A stretch of 32,000 nucleotides of DNA from Candidatus Omnitrophota bacterium (GTDB taxonomy: Bacteria; Omnitrophota; Gorgyraeia; 2-01-FULL-45-10), in assembly GCA_023818895.1 (NCBI GenBank), contig JAMWCX010000002.1, forward strand, positions 300,001 to 332,000. The letters are read 5' to 3'. The notes below the pieces were generated by a model. That model worked only from the letters and a program-made list of their open reading frames with translations. It did no database searches and was not told the origin of the DNA. A program made the translations under genes and the position numbers. Each line of letters opens with the position of its first letter. The first letter of the stretch is position 1. Shown piece after piece: positions 1 to 7,718 of this stretch.

Positions 1-447
1 TACTCTATCCCCATAAACGAACCTCGCGCCATTACGCGAGTAATCGGTTACCGCGACCCTGCCGATTGATGCGCGAGACCTAATGCCATATTCAATCGAA
101 TCCACCTCAAGCTTAAAACGAGTTCTCGTCCCGTAATATGTTTTATCGGTAACCGGATCGTCGATAATGATCCCCGCCACGACAACTTTCTGCGGTTCTT
201 CAGATATAAGGTTTGAAATGTGATCGGCTGGCAGAATGTTGAAGTTCTGATAATACGCCATACCGAAAAATAGGACGCCGAGATAAAGAAAAACGTGAGA
301 AACTCCGGCTCTTCTGGATAACAGGATAGAACCTGAAAGAAATAAGGCGCTTAATATCAAAGAATAGAAGGCGGGCAAAACTACCAAACGCGCCGTTAAT
401 AAACTGAGGCAGAAAACGATCGTTATATAAAATACTGGGCGCTTCAT
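1..447 (-). CDS. comEC: ComEC/Rec2-family competence channel protein, N-terminal portion (partial; continues beyond left edge)
   Basis: Absent from the ORF track because it is open at the edge. Minus-strand reading from ATG 447..445 gives MKRPVFYITIVFCLSLLTARLVVLPAFYSLILSALFLSGSILLSRRAGVSHVFLYLGVLFFGMAYYQNFNILPADHISNLISEEPQKVVVAGIIIDDPVTDKTYYGTRTRFKLEVDSIEYGIRSRASIGRVAVTDYSRNGARFVYGDRV with no stop down to nt 1. This is hydrophobic helices followed by the OB-like segment usual at ComEC N-termini. The start overlaps the comEA stop as ATGA (444..447), and comEA-comEC synteny supports the call. Confidence 0.6.
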   Translation of the reverse strand, partial: MKRPVFYITIVFCLSLLTARLVVLPAFYSLILSALFLSGSILLSRRAGVSHVFLYLGVLFFGMAYYQNFNILPADHISNLISEEPQKVVVAGIIIDDPVTDKTYYGTRTRFKLEVDSIEYGIRSRASIGRVAVTDYSRNGARFVYGDRV

Positions 448-812
448 TCCACGGATATATTGTCTTTTATCTTTTCAAAAAGCGCCGGTCCGATACCGCG
501 TACCTTCTTAAGATCGTCAGCGGACAAGAAGAGTCCGTTTTTTTCGCGATATTCGACTATGCGTCGGGCAACAGTCCTGCCCACGCCCTTGAGCGCCATA
601 AGATCGGACTCATCGGCCACGTTTATATTGACCTTCGCCTTCTCGATAGGCAATGAGGTGGATTTTATCGCGGCTTCACTCCTAACTATTTTCATCTGTG
701 TGGGAGAGTATGCCTTTTTGTAAAGCGTTAAAGCGGCGCCCGCAAGAAACGATAAGATAAGGATTGTTATAACAGTCCTTTCTGATCTATCAAGATTGAA
801 CAATTTAATCAC
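444..812 (-). CDS. comEA: ComEA-type membrane-anchored helix-hairpin-helix DNA-binding protein
   Basis: 122 aa. N-terminal TM anchor (VITILILSFLAGAALTLY) and C-terminal tandem HhH region (INVADESDLMALKGVGRTVARRIVEYREKNGLFLSADDLKKVRGIGPALFEKI) typical of ComEA. Confidence 0.85.
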   Translation of the reverse strand: MIKLFNLDRSERTVITILILSFLAGAALTLYKKAYSPTQMKIVRSEAAIKSTSLPIEKAKVNINVADESDLMALKGVGRTVARRIVEYREKNGLFLSADDLKKVRGIGPALFEKIKDNISVE

Positions 813-2517
813 CGCTATTTTCCAAACGCTTGATTTTCTCGATAAGACTTTTATCCACTCCCCCGGTGGCCATCGCTCTAAGCCAAGCGCGTTTTGCCTT
901 TGCGTGTTCGCCTTTCATGAAATAGGCGTTACCGAGGTTTATCAAAGCGTTTCTGTGGCCCGAATCGATCATAAGGGCTTTCCTGAAAGAGACAAGAGCG
1001 TCGTCGTACATCTTTTTCCTATAATACGCGACGCCGAGATTATTATAGATATCGCTGTGTTCTTTTATGGCAATGGCCTTTTTGAAATTCTTAATAGCAA
1101 GATCCTCAAGCCCAAGCGCGCTGTAGGCGTTACCCAGCGCATAATAAACTATCTGCGAATCGGGTTTTAACGAAGCCGCTCTTGATAACTCCTCTATTGC
1201 CATCGCGTAATAGGCGGCCGCCAACGACCTGTCCGAAAGCTCAAGCATTTTCGCCTTCTTGGCATAGGCGTAACCGAGATTGTAGTGAGCCTTGGGATGG
1301 TATGGCGATCGGTCTGCCTCGTGCATATAGAATGAGATCTCATCCCTCCACTCTATATTGCGCGCAATCGTGAGCAAGCCGTATATAACAAGAACTGTGA
1401 CGAGAAACGAAACCAAAATATATTTTAAGACCGTCGTCATAGAGGCTGAGGTATTCGTCCAAGAAAATAGCAGGCCAAACAGCCCCGCGAATCCTATTAT
1501 TGGAAGATATAGAAAACGCTCGGCTATTAATGCTTTGAAGGGCACTATATTATATACGGGGGCTAGCATAACAAAAAACCAAAGCATGAAAAAAGACACC
1601 ATTTTTTTTCGTCTGAATAAGATATAGATGACGATGACGGCAGATATTATTAGGATCGTGCCAAAAATCTCCTGCATCGCGAGAGGAGGCGGGGGGCCTT
1701 CATTATACTCGACTCTAAGTCGGACCGGCAAAACAAGAAGCCGCACATATGACGCAACCACGTTCAGAGCTATCAATATATTCTCACCACCCCCCCTTCC
1801 CCACCAATCAGACCTCTGCGCAATCGACCCTAACACTGAAAAGCGCGTTACTACATAAGCGGCCGCGACAAGAAAAAACGGGGCATAATTTTTTACATGG
1901 AATCGCGCGCCCTTTCTGGGCTCAAAGTGGGCGTCATATATAATAAAGCCGAGGGGCAGGGCTATAGCCATTTCCTTTGACATCAAACTTAGGGCAAACA
2001 ATATAAGCGCAAGAGGCCTTTTATGCATAATATACGAGATGAATGCCGCAAGAAAAAATAACAGAAAAAGGACGTTAGAGCGTCCGGATATCCAACTCAC
2101 GGCTTCTGTCTGAACCGGATGTATGGCAAATACTATCGCGGCTATGAAAGCCGTGAAGCCATCGCAGAGCAAAAGCGCCACAAGAGTGTAGACGAGAATG
2201 GCGTTGACAACGTGCAACAGTGTATTCTCGATATGATAAAAACGAGTGTTTAGATTCCAAAGGCGATAATCTATTGCGAAGGATAGCGTCATAAGAGGAC
2301 GCCACACATCTTTGGCCAGACATTCGCTCGATGAGACCGAGCTCATCTCCGTAAAATCTGCGATTATGCTTTTCAAATCTAGTTTTCTTACGGCCGGATT
2401 CTCGACAAGGAAAGGATAGTCATCATAAACGAAGGAATTGTTAAATGAATCGTAGTAGACCAAAATAGTTATGGCGGCGACAAGTAAGGCAAAAACGACG
2501 TGGTCTCTGTTCGGCAT
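805..2517 (-). CDS. Polytopic GT-C-fold glycosyltransferase with C-terminal TPR domain (PMT/TMTC/ArnT-like)
   Basis: 570 aa. About 10-11 hydrophobic helices, with the acidic first-loop motif NSFVYDDYPFLVENPAV typical of GT-C enzymes of the PMT/TMTC type. The C-terminal ~170 aa are TPRs (AHYNLGYAYAKK, YYALGNAYSALG, YNNLGVAYYRKKMYDDALVSFRKAL, LINLGNAYFMKGEHAKAKRAW). 8-nt overlap with comEA. Confidence 0.7.
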   Translation of the reverse strand: MPNRDHVVFALLVAAITILVYYDSFNNSFVYDDYPFLVENPAVRKLDLKSIIADFTEMSSVSSSECLAKDVWRPLMTLSFAIDYRLWNLNTRFYHIENTLLHVVNAILVYTLVALLLCDGFTAFIAAIVFAIHPVQTEAVSWISGRSNVLFLLFFLAAFISYIMHKRPLALILFALSLMSKEMAIALPLGFIIYDAHFEPRKGARFHVKNYAPFFLVAAAYVVTRFSVLGSIAQRSDWWGRGGGENILIALNVVASYVRLLVLPVRLRVEYNEGPPPPLAMQEIFGTILIISAVIVIYILFRRKKMVSFFMLWFFVMLAPVYNIVPFKALIAERFLYLPIIGFAGLFGLLFSWTNTSASMTTVLKYILVSFLVTVLVIYGLLTIARNIEWRDEISFYMHEADRSPYHPKAHYNLGYAYAKKAKMLELSDRSLAAAYYAMAIEELSRAASLKPDSQIVYYALGNAYSALGLEDLAIKNFKKAIAIKEHSDIYNNLGVAYYRKKMYDDALVSFRKALMIDSGHRNALINLGNAYFMKGEHAKAKRAWLRAMATGGVDKSLIEKIKRLENSGD

Positions 2518-2527
2518 GATATAGCGA

Positions 2528-5011
2528 TTATATGACGATGTTTACTAGTTTCTTGGGGACTATTATGAATTTTTTGACAGAAGAATCCTTTATCCAGCGC
2601 TGAACATCGACATCGTTAAGTACGGTTTTTTTGATATCTTCTTCGCTCGCATCGAAGGGAACCTCTACCTTAGCCCGAAGCTTGCCGTTTATTTGCACGG
2701 GGATGGTGATCATGTCAGCGACTATAATGCAACTATCATATGAAGGCCAGCTGGTGGTGAATATGCTGCCGTTATTTCCCAATAATTGCCACATCTCCTC
2801 TGCTATGTGCGGCACGAAAGGAGCCAAAAGCACAACGGCGCTTTCAACGGCCTTTTTCAATATCGCCGTTCCACACCTACCTTCATCCGCCAGCGCCGCT
2901 ACTTCATAAGACTGGTTAACCAATTCCATAACCGCGCTTATGGCAGTATTGAAATGAAATCCTCCGTCGAGATCTTCGGTGACCTTTTTTATGCTCTGAT
3001 GGGTTTTTCGCCGCAACGCAAGCTCGTCCTTAGTTAGCTGAGGACTAGAACTCGGCGCCCGGCAATTCAGGTCCTTCACCTTATCCACCAGCCTCCACAC
3101 TCGGCCCAAAAAACGGTAGGCGCCTTCCACGCCTCTATCAGACCACTCAGCGTCTTTTTCAGGTGGCCCTATGAATAGCGTGTAAAGCCTTACGGTATCA
3201 GCGCCATATTTGTCTATAAGATCGTCTGGGCTTATCGTGTTACTTTTTGACTTCGACATCTTTATGCCGTTCTTCGTTATCATGCCTTGCGTAAAGAGGT
3301 TCCTGAAAGGCTCGTCGAAACCAACCCACCCTATGTCATTCAAAAATTTCGTTATGAACCTCGAATATAGAAGGTGCAAAATAGCGTGTTCAACCCCTCC
3401 TATATACTGATCCACAGGAAGCCATTTATCAACGAGAGTTCTTTCAAACGGCTTGTCCGCAAGCTTTGGTGTTATATATCGCAGGTAATACCAGCTCGAA
3501 TCGACGAACGTGTCCATGGTATCAGTCTCACGTTTTGAGTTTGCGCCGCATCTCGGGCACTTTGTATTAACAAATTCTTTGGAAAATTTAAGGGGGGACT
3601 CGCCCGTCGGTTTAAACTCCACATTACGAGGAAGAAGAACCGGCAGGTCTTTTTCAGGGACTGGGACTATGCCACAGGCGGGACAGTAAACTATAGGGAT
3701 GGGCGCTCCCCAGAACCTCTGACGCGATATCAGCCAATCCCGCAGCTTATATTGCGTGGCACGAACTCCATATTTTTTCTCTTCAAAGTAATCCGCTATC
3801 TTATCAATAGCTTCGGTTGATAACAAGCCGTTGAACTGGCCAGAATTCACCATGACACCCTCAGAGACATAAGCTTCTTTCATAGTCGCAGCATTCAGGG
3901 GATTAGCCGGATCATCTATGACCACTACTATGGGAAGATTATATTTTTTGGCAAATTCAAAATCCCGTTGGTCGTGAGCCGGCACCGCCATTATGGCGCC
4001 GGTGCCGTATTCCATGAGTATGTAATTAGCGACGTATATCGGTATTCTATTGCCGTTTACAGGGTTGATGACATAGCGCCCCGTGAAAATCCCTTCTTTC
4101 TCCACCTTGGCGTCCGAGCGCGCTATCTTAGACTCGTCACGCATCTTTTGGATCTTCCTCATAGCCGCCTCTTCGTCTTTTGCGCCTTTTATCAGCATCG
4201 GGACAAGAGGGTGTTCTGGAGCCACGGCCATGAAAGTGGCGCCATAGATCGTATCGACTCTGGTCGTGAAACATCTCAACATCTCGTTCATTCCATCGAT
4301 CTTAAAATCTATCTCGACTCCATGGCTCTGGCCGATCCAGTTACGTTGCATAATTTTGACGCGCTCCGGCCAGTTGGTAAGCTTTTCTATATCACTCAGG
4401 AGTCTTTCCGCGTAATGAGTTATCTTGAAGAACCATTGTTCTAAGTCTTTCTGTGTAACCTCGGAAGAACACCGTTCGCACAAACCATCTATAACCTGTT
4501 CGTTCGCAAGCACTGTCTTACAAGAGGGGCACCAATTGACAAACGCCTTTTTTCGGTAGGCAAGGTTTTTTTCGTAAAGCTTTAGGAATATCCATTGTGT
4601 CCACTTATAGTAATCCGGCATGCAGGAGATGACTTCGCGTTCCCAGTCATACTCCACCCCCCAACGGTTGAATTGCGATTTCATCGTGCGGATGTTATTC
4701 AAAGTGGACGTCTCGGGATCAAGCCCGCCTTTTATCGCGGCGTTCTCAGCCGGAAGACCGAAGGCGTCAAAGCCCATAGGCGTAAGAACGTTAAAACCCC
4801 GCATCATTTTGTAGCGCGCGACGGCATCGCCGATAATATAATTCCGGCCGTGGCCTACGTGCAGGGCCGCCGACGGATACGGGAACATCATCAGGCAGTA
4901 GTACTTATTCCTATAATCCTTCGTATCGACATTGAAAAGCCGCCTTTGGCGCCAGAACTCCTGCCATTTCGGTTCTATCTTATCAAAGGGATAAAGCTTT
5001 TCGATACCCAT
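2528..5011 (-). CDS. leuS: Leucyl-tRNA synthetase
   Basis: 827 aa. Class I signatures HVGHGRNY (HIGH) and KMSKSKSN (KMSKS), Zn-knuckle cysteines (CPSCKT..CERC and CPACG..CPRCG), a large CP1 editing insertion, and bacterial LeuS length and N-terminus ([14 protein letters not shown]). Confidence 0.97.
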   Translation of the reverse strand: MGIEKLYPFDKIEPKWQEFWRQRRLFNVDTKDYRNKYYCLMMFPYPSAALHVGHGRNYIIGDAVARYKMMRGFNVLTPMGFDAFGLPAENAAIKGGLDPETSTLNNIRTMKSQFNRWGVEYDWEREVISCMPDYYKWTQWIFLKLYEKNLAYRKKAFVNWCPSCKTVLANEQVIDGLCERCSSEVTQKDLEQWFFKITHYAERLLSDIEKLTNWPERVKIMQRNWIGQSHGVEIDFKIDGMNEMLRCFTTRVDTIYGATFMAVAPEHPLVPMLIKGAKDEEAAMRKIQKMRDESKIARSDAKVEKEGIFTGRYVINPVNGNRIPIYVANYILMEYGTGAIMAVPAHDQRDFEFAKKYNLPIVVVIDDPANPLNAATMKEAYVSEGVMVNSGQFNGLLSTEAIDKIADYFEEKKYGVRATQYKLRDWLISRQRFWGAPIPIVYCPACGIVPVPEKDLPVLLPRNVEFKPTGESPLKFSKEFVNTKCPRCGANSKRETDTMDTFVDSSWYYLRYITPKLADKPFERTLVDKWLPVDQYIGGVEHAILHLLYSRFITKFLNDIGWVGFDEPFRNLFTQGMITKNGIKMSKSKSNTISPDDLIDKYGADTVRLYTLFIGPPEKDAEWSDRGVEGAYRFLGRVWRLVDKVKDLNCRAPSSSPQLTKDELALRRKTHQSIKKVTEDLDGGFHFNTAISAVMELVNQSYEVAALADEGRCGTAILKKAVESAVVLLAPFVPHIAEEMWQLLGNNGSIFTTSWPSYDSCIIVADMITIPVQINGKLRAKVEVPFDASEEDIKKTVLNDVDVQRWIKDSSVKKFIIVPKKLVNIVI

Positions 5012-5012
5012 C

Positions 5013-5855
5013 TTAACCTTTATATAATTTTTTAGCGACAGCTAAATTCTTCTTATCATCTTTATCCGTTTTCTTCGGTGTTTCCATTATGAAAGCGGCC
5101 TCTTTAAGACGAACGTGATTTATTATCCGGCCAAGCGCCTCCAGCCCTATTTTACCCTTACCTATATGTTGATGACGATCGACGTGGGAACCTATTGGCG
5201 AAAGGCTGTCGTTGAAGTGAACAACCTTAATCCGGTTAATGCCTATTATCTTGTCAAAACGCTTAAGTGTTGCCTCAAGGCCCTCCTTCGTTCTTATATC
5301 GTAGCCCCCTTCGAAGGTATGGGCCGTATCAAGACATACTCCCACTCTCTCCGGATCCCTTAGGTTATCGATTATTTTTCTTATGTGCTCAAATTTATAA
5401 CCAATCCAGGAACCGGAACCCGCCGTATTCTCAAGAAGTATCATTGTCCTAGGACGCGCTTTTCTTATTATCTCATTAAGCGCAACGCCGAATCTTTTTA
5501 TCCCCTCATCTTCACCGCTTCTCACATGGCTTCCGAGATGAGTAACAAAATATTCGGCCCCGAGCTCATCGGCGCGTTTTATGTCCTCTATATACGCCTC
5601 TATCGACTTTTTGTATAAAGCATCTTCGGGGGTCGCGAGATTTATTATATATGGTATATGAACAACTACCGGCCGTATGTCGTATTTTTCCTTGAGTTTC
5701 CTGAATTCAGCAACATCCGAGGACTCCAGCTTCGTTGCCTGCCAGCCGCGCGGATTACGGCTGAATATCTGCATCGTATTGCAACCGAGCGCCTTCGCCC
5801 GCTCTAGTGAATCGTAGATCTTCCCCGCTATCGATACATGAACGCCTATGCGCAT
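5013..5855 (-). CDS. nfo: Endonuclease IV (AP endonuclease family 2)
   Basis: 280 aa. Motifs [47 protein letters not shown] and [12 protein letters not shown] match the Nfo TIM-barrel metal-ligand pattern. The stop lies 1 nt from the leuS start, so the two are probably co-transcribed. Confidence 0.92.
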   Translation of the reverse strand: MRIGVHVSIAGKIYDSLERAKALGCNTMQIFSRNPRGWQATKLESSDVAEFRKLKEKYDIRPVVVHIPYIINLATPEDALYKKSIEAYIEDIKRADELGAEYFVTHLGSHVRSGEDEGIKRFGVALNEIIRKARPRTMILLENTAGSGSWIGYKFEHIRKIIDNLRDPERVGVCLDTAHTFEGGYDIRTKEGLEATLKRFDKIIGINRIKVVHFNDSLSPIGSHVDRHQHIGKGKIGLEALGRIINHVRLKEAAFIMETPKKTDKDDKKNLAVAKKLYKG

Positions 5856-5922
5856 AACGTAATTGATCTTAAAAGGCCTGCCATACTAAACCCCAAGTCG
5901 TCCACGTCTTGAAGGTAAAATA

Positions 5923-6009
5923 TGGTGCCGAAGGTGGGAATTGAACCCACAAGGCCTTGCGACCATCGGTTTTTGAGACCGACGCGTATGCCAGTTCCGC
6001 CACTTCGGC
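5923..6009 (-). tRNA. tRNA-Leu (anticodon CAA), type II with long variable arm, CCA encoded
   Basis: The reverse complement reads GCCGAAGTGGCGGAACTGGCATACGCGTCGGTCTCAAAAACCGATGGTCGCAAGGCCTTGTGGGTTCAATTCCCACCTTCGGCACCA. It has a 7-bp acceptor stem, a Leu-type D arm, anticodon stem TCGGT/ACCGA with loop CTCAAAA (CAA), a 16-nt variable arm and T-loop GGTTCAATTCC. Confidence 0.93.
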
Positions 6010-6014
6010 ATTAG

Positions 6015-6043
6015 AATAAAATTCCCTCTTGCATGAAAGAGGG
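6015..6043 (-). terminator. Hairpin + U-rich tail between the two tRNA genes (weak terminator or processing structure)
   Basis: On the minus strand the sequence is CCCUCUU-UCAUGC-AAGAGGG (7-bp stem, plus coordinates 6024..6043) followed by AAUUUUAUU (6023..6015). It ends 5 nt before the tRNA-Leu 5' end. Confidence 0.3.
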
Positions 6044-6113
6044 ATGTCTTAACAAAACTTCAACATAACTTACCCAATGAACCCTGAGCTGTCTGCTTAT
6101 TTAAGGTAAAGCA

Positions 6114-6187
6114 TGGTGGAGCTGACGAGAATCGAACTCGTGACCCGACAATGCCATTGTCGTGTGATCCCTCTTCACCACAGCCCC
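6114..6187 (-). tRNA. tRNA-Ala (anticodon GGC), CCA encoded
   Basis: The reverse complement reads GGGGCTGTGGTGAAGAGGGATCACACGACAATGGCATTGTCGGGTCACGAGTTCGATTCTCGTCAGCTCCACCA. The cloverleaf folds by hand: the acceptor stem carries the G3:U70 Ala identity pair, the anticodon stem is CGACA/TGTCG with loop ATGGCAT (GGC), and the T-loop is TTCGATT. Confidence 0.92.
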
Positions 6188-6237
6188 ATTAAACTTAATG
6201 TTTATAATTATATCAAATATGGGGCTTTAAGGGTAGC

Positions 6238-6270
6238 AAAAAAACGCGCCCCCTCTACCGCGGAGAGGCG
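6238..6270 (-). terminator. Rho-independent terminator of the 79-aa ORF
   Basis: The minus strand reads CGCCUCUC-CGCGGUA-GAGGGGGCG (GC-rich stem of about 8 bp with one bulge and one G-U pair), followed by CG and U7 (plus A-run 6238..6244). The stem overlaps the TAG stop (6255..6257). Confidence 0.6.
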
Positions 6271-6494
6271 TCCCAGTGGGCACTATTTTCGGTCAGCAGA
6301 AGCTCCGCGCCAAGGCCCGCTATGCCGGATCCGGCGACCTCTTCCACGGACCCTTTGCTGGACAGCGTGGCAACCACGGCCTGTGAGTACCTTCCCTTAC
6401 CGATGAGCCTTCTGACCCTCATCGCGCTTGCCGGCTCCGAGATATCGACCCTATATAGTCGCGGGGGACGGCCTAACTTAAGTATTATCTTCAT
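6255..6494 (-). CDS. Hypothetical 79-aa protein (no family recognised)
   Basis: ATG is preceded by GGAGG with a 6-nt spacer (cggttGGAGGtttgaaATG). The ORF has its own promoter with an operator and its own terminator. It is visibly more GC-rich than both flanks. No motif recognised in MKIILKLGRPPRLYRVDISEPASAMRVRRLIGKGRYSQAVVATLSSKGSVEEVAGSGIAGLGAELLLTENSAHWDASPR. Confidence 0.6.
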   Translation of the reverse strand: MKIILKLGRPPRLYRVDISEPASAMRVRRLIGKGRYSQAVVATLSSKGSVEEVAGSGIAGLGAELLLTENSAHWDASPR

Positions 6495-6515
6495 TTCAAA
6501 CCTCCAACCGCTTAA

Positions 6516-6543
6516 AGTATATCACAAATTGTGATAATTGCAA
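6516..6543 (-). promoter_or_regulatory. Sigma70-like promoter of the 79-aa ORF
   Basis: On the minus strand: -35 TTGCAA (6543..6538), 16-nt spacer, -10 TATACT (6521..6516). The spacer is filled by the 17-bp palindrome O1. Confidence 0.5.
6520..6536. promoter_or_regulatory. Operator-like perfect palindrome O1 (TATCACAA-A-TTGTGATA)
   Basis: 8-bp arms around a single central base. It sits between the -35 and -10 of the minus-strand promoter, and an XRE-family HTH regulator is encoded 64 bp away. Confidence 0.6.
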
Positions 6544-6554
6544 GCTTTTATTTT

Positions 6555-6565
6555 CACATTTTGTG
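6555..6565. promoter_or_regulatory. Second, weaker operator-like site O2 (CACA-TTT-TGTG)
   Basis: It has the same core and spacing as O1 (CACA-N3-TGTG). Its centre is 32 bp from the O1 centre, and it abuts the -35 of the plus-strand promoter. Confidence 0.35.
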
Positions 6566-6593
6566 TTGACTGGCGGATTTTCCGTGATATATT
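6566..6593 (+). promoter_or_regulatory. Sigma70-like promoter (extended -10) of the XRE::REC-PilZ operon
   Basis: -35 TTGACT (6566..6571), 16-nt spacer, then TGa-TATATT (TG 6585..6586, -10 6588..6593). Exactly 6 nt separate the -10 from the A of the ATG at 6600, and no SD lies in between. Confidence 0.55.
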
Positions 6594-6599
6594 TGATGT

Positions 6600-7313
6600 A
6601 TGGGTTTCGCGGAAAATCTTAAGAACATACGGACAAGCCGCAACATCTCCCAGCAGGAGCTCGCCAAGAAGCTGAATGTTGCTCAATCCACCGTGGGCAT
6701 GTGGGAATCCGGCAAAAGAGTCCCAAAGCTCGACGAACTAAAGCGCCTGGCCAGGGTCCTTGGAATCACGATCAGCTGCCTCTTAAGCGGCAAAGAGCGC
6801 AAGATAGAGATAATAAAAAACGAGATATACATAGATGGTGAGAAGGTAAGTGAACTTGACCCGACGGATGTCGACGGCATTATAGAATACATAAACCTCG
6901 TCAAATCGAAAAAGGGCAAGATACCCAAAGGCCCTCCCCCCGCCATGGGCTCGCATGCCAAGAAGATCTTAGTGATAGACGACGAGCAGGAGATATGCGA
7001 AATGCTATACTCCTTCCTTGTGCCGCACAACTACAAGGTCTTCCTGGCGTTCAACGGCCAGATGGGACTCGAATACTTTGAAGAGGTAAAGCCGGATATA
7101 GTGCTTCTTGACCTCAAGATGCCAGACATAGACGGCGTGGAAGTGCTGAAGATAATACGAAAGGTCAGCGATGTGCCGGTAGTCGTTATCACCGGCCATC
7201 CGCAGGACGTGGCCGATATCCACGTGAATGACCTTACTATAGAGGGCTATCTGGAAAAGCCAATATCCCTTAAAGAGACGCTGAACACATTAAAACACAT
7301 AATAGGTGAATGA
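6600..7313 (+). CDS. Hybrid regulator: N-terminal XRE/Cro-C1 HTH + C-terminal response-regulator receiver (REC) domain
   Basis: 237 aa. HTH_XRE: NLKNIRTSRNISQQELAKKLNVAQSTVGMWESGKRVPKLDELKRLARVLGITISCLL. About 55-aa linker. REC: KKILVIDDEQE (acidic pair), DIVLLDLKMPDIDG (phospho-acceptor Asp), VVVITGH (Thr), YLEKP (Lys-Pro). Confidence 0.85.
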   Translation: MGFAENLKNIRTSRNISQQELAKKLNVAQSTVGMWESGKRVPKLDELKRLARVLGITISCLLSGKERKIEIIKNEIYIDGEKVSELDPTDVDGIIEYINLVKSKKGKIPKGPPPAMGSHAKKILVIDDEQEICEMLYSFLVPHNYKVFLAFNGQMGLEYFEEVKPDIVLLDLKMPDIDGVEVLKIIRKVSDVPVVVITGHPQDVADIHVNDLTIEGYLEKPISLKETLNTLKHIIGE

Positions 7314-7696
7314 TGAAGGAGCGCCGCGCACAGAAGAGGGCCAAAAAGTACTTCGCGATCAATATCGTAGCTATCGAGAACGGGGGCAAGGCCGCCAGGT
7401 TCGACAATATAAGGACCAACCCAAAGTTCTACGACGAAAGCGGCATAGACTTCTCGCCTGAAGGGCTTAAGATAATGTGCTCAAAGCCCCTTCCGCCGGA
7501 ATCCAAGATCCAGATGAAGCTCCTCATACCCGACGAGGACAGCCTAAACCTCATCAGGGCCGACGGCACCATCAAGTGGTTCAGACAGATAAAAGGAAAG
7601 CACGGGAAGTATTTCCTGATAGGGGTACACTTCAGGGAGTTGCGCAAAGAAGACAAGGAAAAGATCTTCCGTCTCTGGAGAAAGTATAAAGAGTAG
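7310..7696 (+). CDS. PilZ-domain protein (putative c-di-GMP receptor)
   Basis: 128 aa. Contains both PilZ signature motifs, RxxxR (ERRAQKR) and DxSxxG (IDFSPEGL), followed by beta-barrel-like alternation. The start overlaps the upstream stop as ATGA (7310..7313). Confidence 0.8.
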   Translation: MMKERRAQKRAKKYFAINIVAIENGGKAARFDNIRTNPKFYDESGIDFSPEGLKIMCSKPLPPESKIQMKLLIPDEDSLNLIRADGTIKWFRQIKGKHGKYFLIGVHFRELRKEDKEKIFRLWRKYKE

Positions 7697-7718
7697 GAAC
7701 GCTGCCGCCTAAAGAGGA

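Noticed and set aside
5012-5100. T-box leader or other riboswitch upstream of leuS.
   Set aside because: leuS starts 1 nt after the nfo stop, so there is no room for a leader.
6113-6406. 97-aa plus-strand ORF beginning MVELTRIELVTRQ.
   Set aside because: Its 5' third is the antisense of tRNA-Ala (a typical tRNA-derived artefact), and the rest is antisense to the 79-aa ORF and its terminator.
6238-6510. Possibility that the GC-rich segment is a structured ncRNA (SRP RNA, RNase P RNA, tmRNA or 6S) rather than a CDS.
   Set aside because: I found no SRP helix-8 motif (GGUCC-GGAA-GGAAGCAGCC is only loosely echoed by GGGUCCGUGGAAGAGGUCGCC), no RNase P GAGGAAAGUCC box and no tmRNA tag or tRNA-like end. 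The ORF has a strong SD and an ATG. This is not excluded without a covariance-model scan, so it is kept as a check in the findings.
6255-7313. Toxin-antitoxin interpretation (XRE antitoxin plus small toxin).
   Set aside because: The genes are divergent rather than co-transcribed. The XRE protein carries a full receiver domain, and the small ORF shows no known toxin motif.
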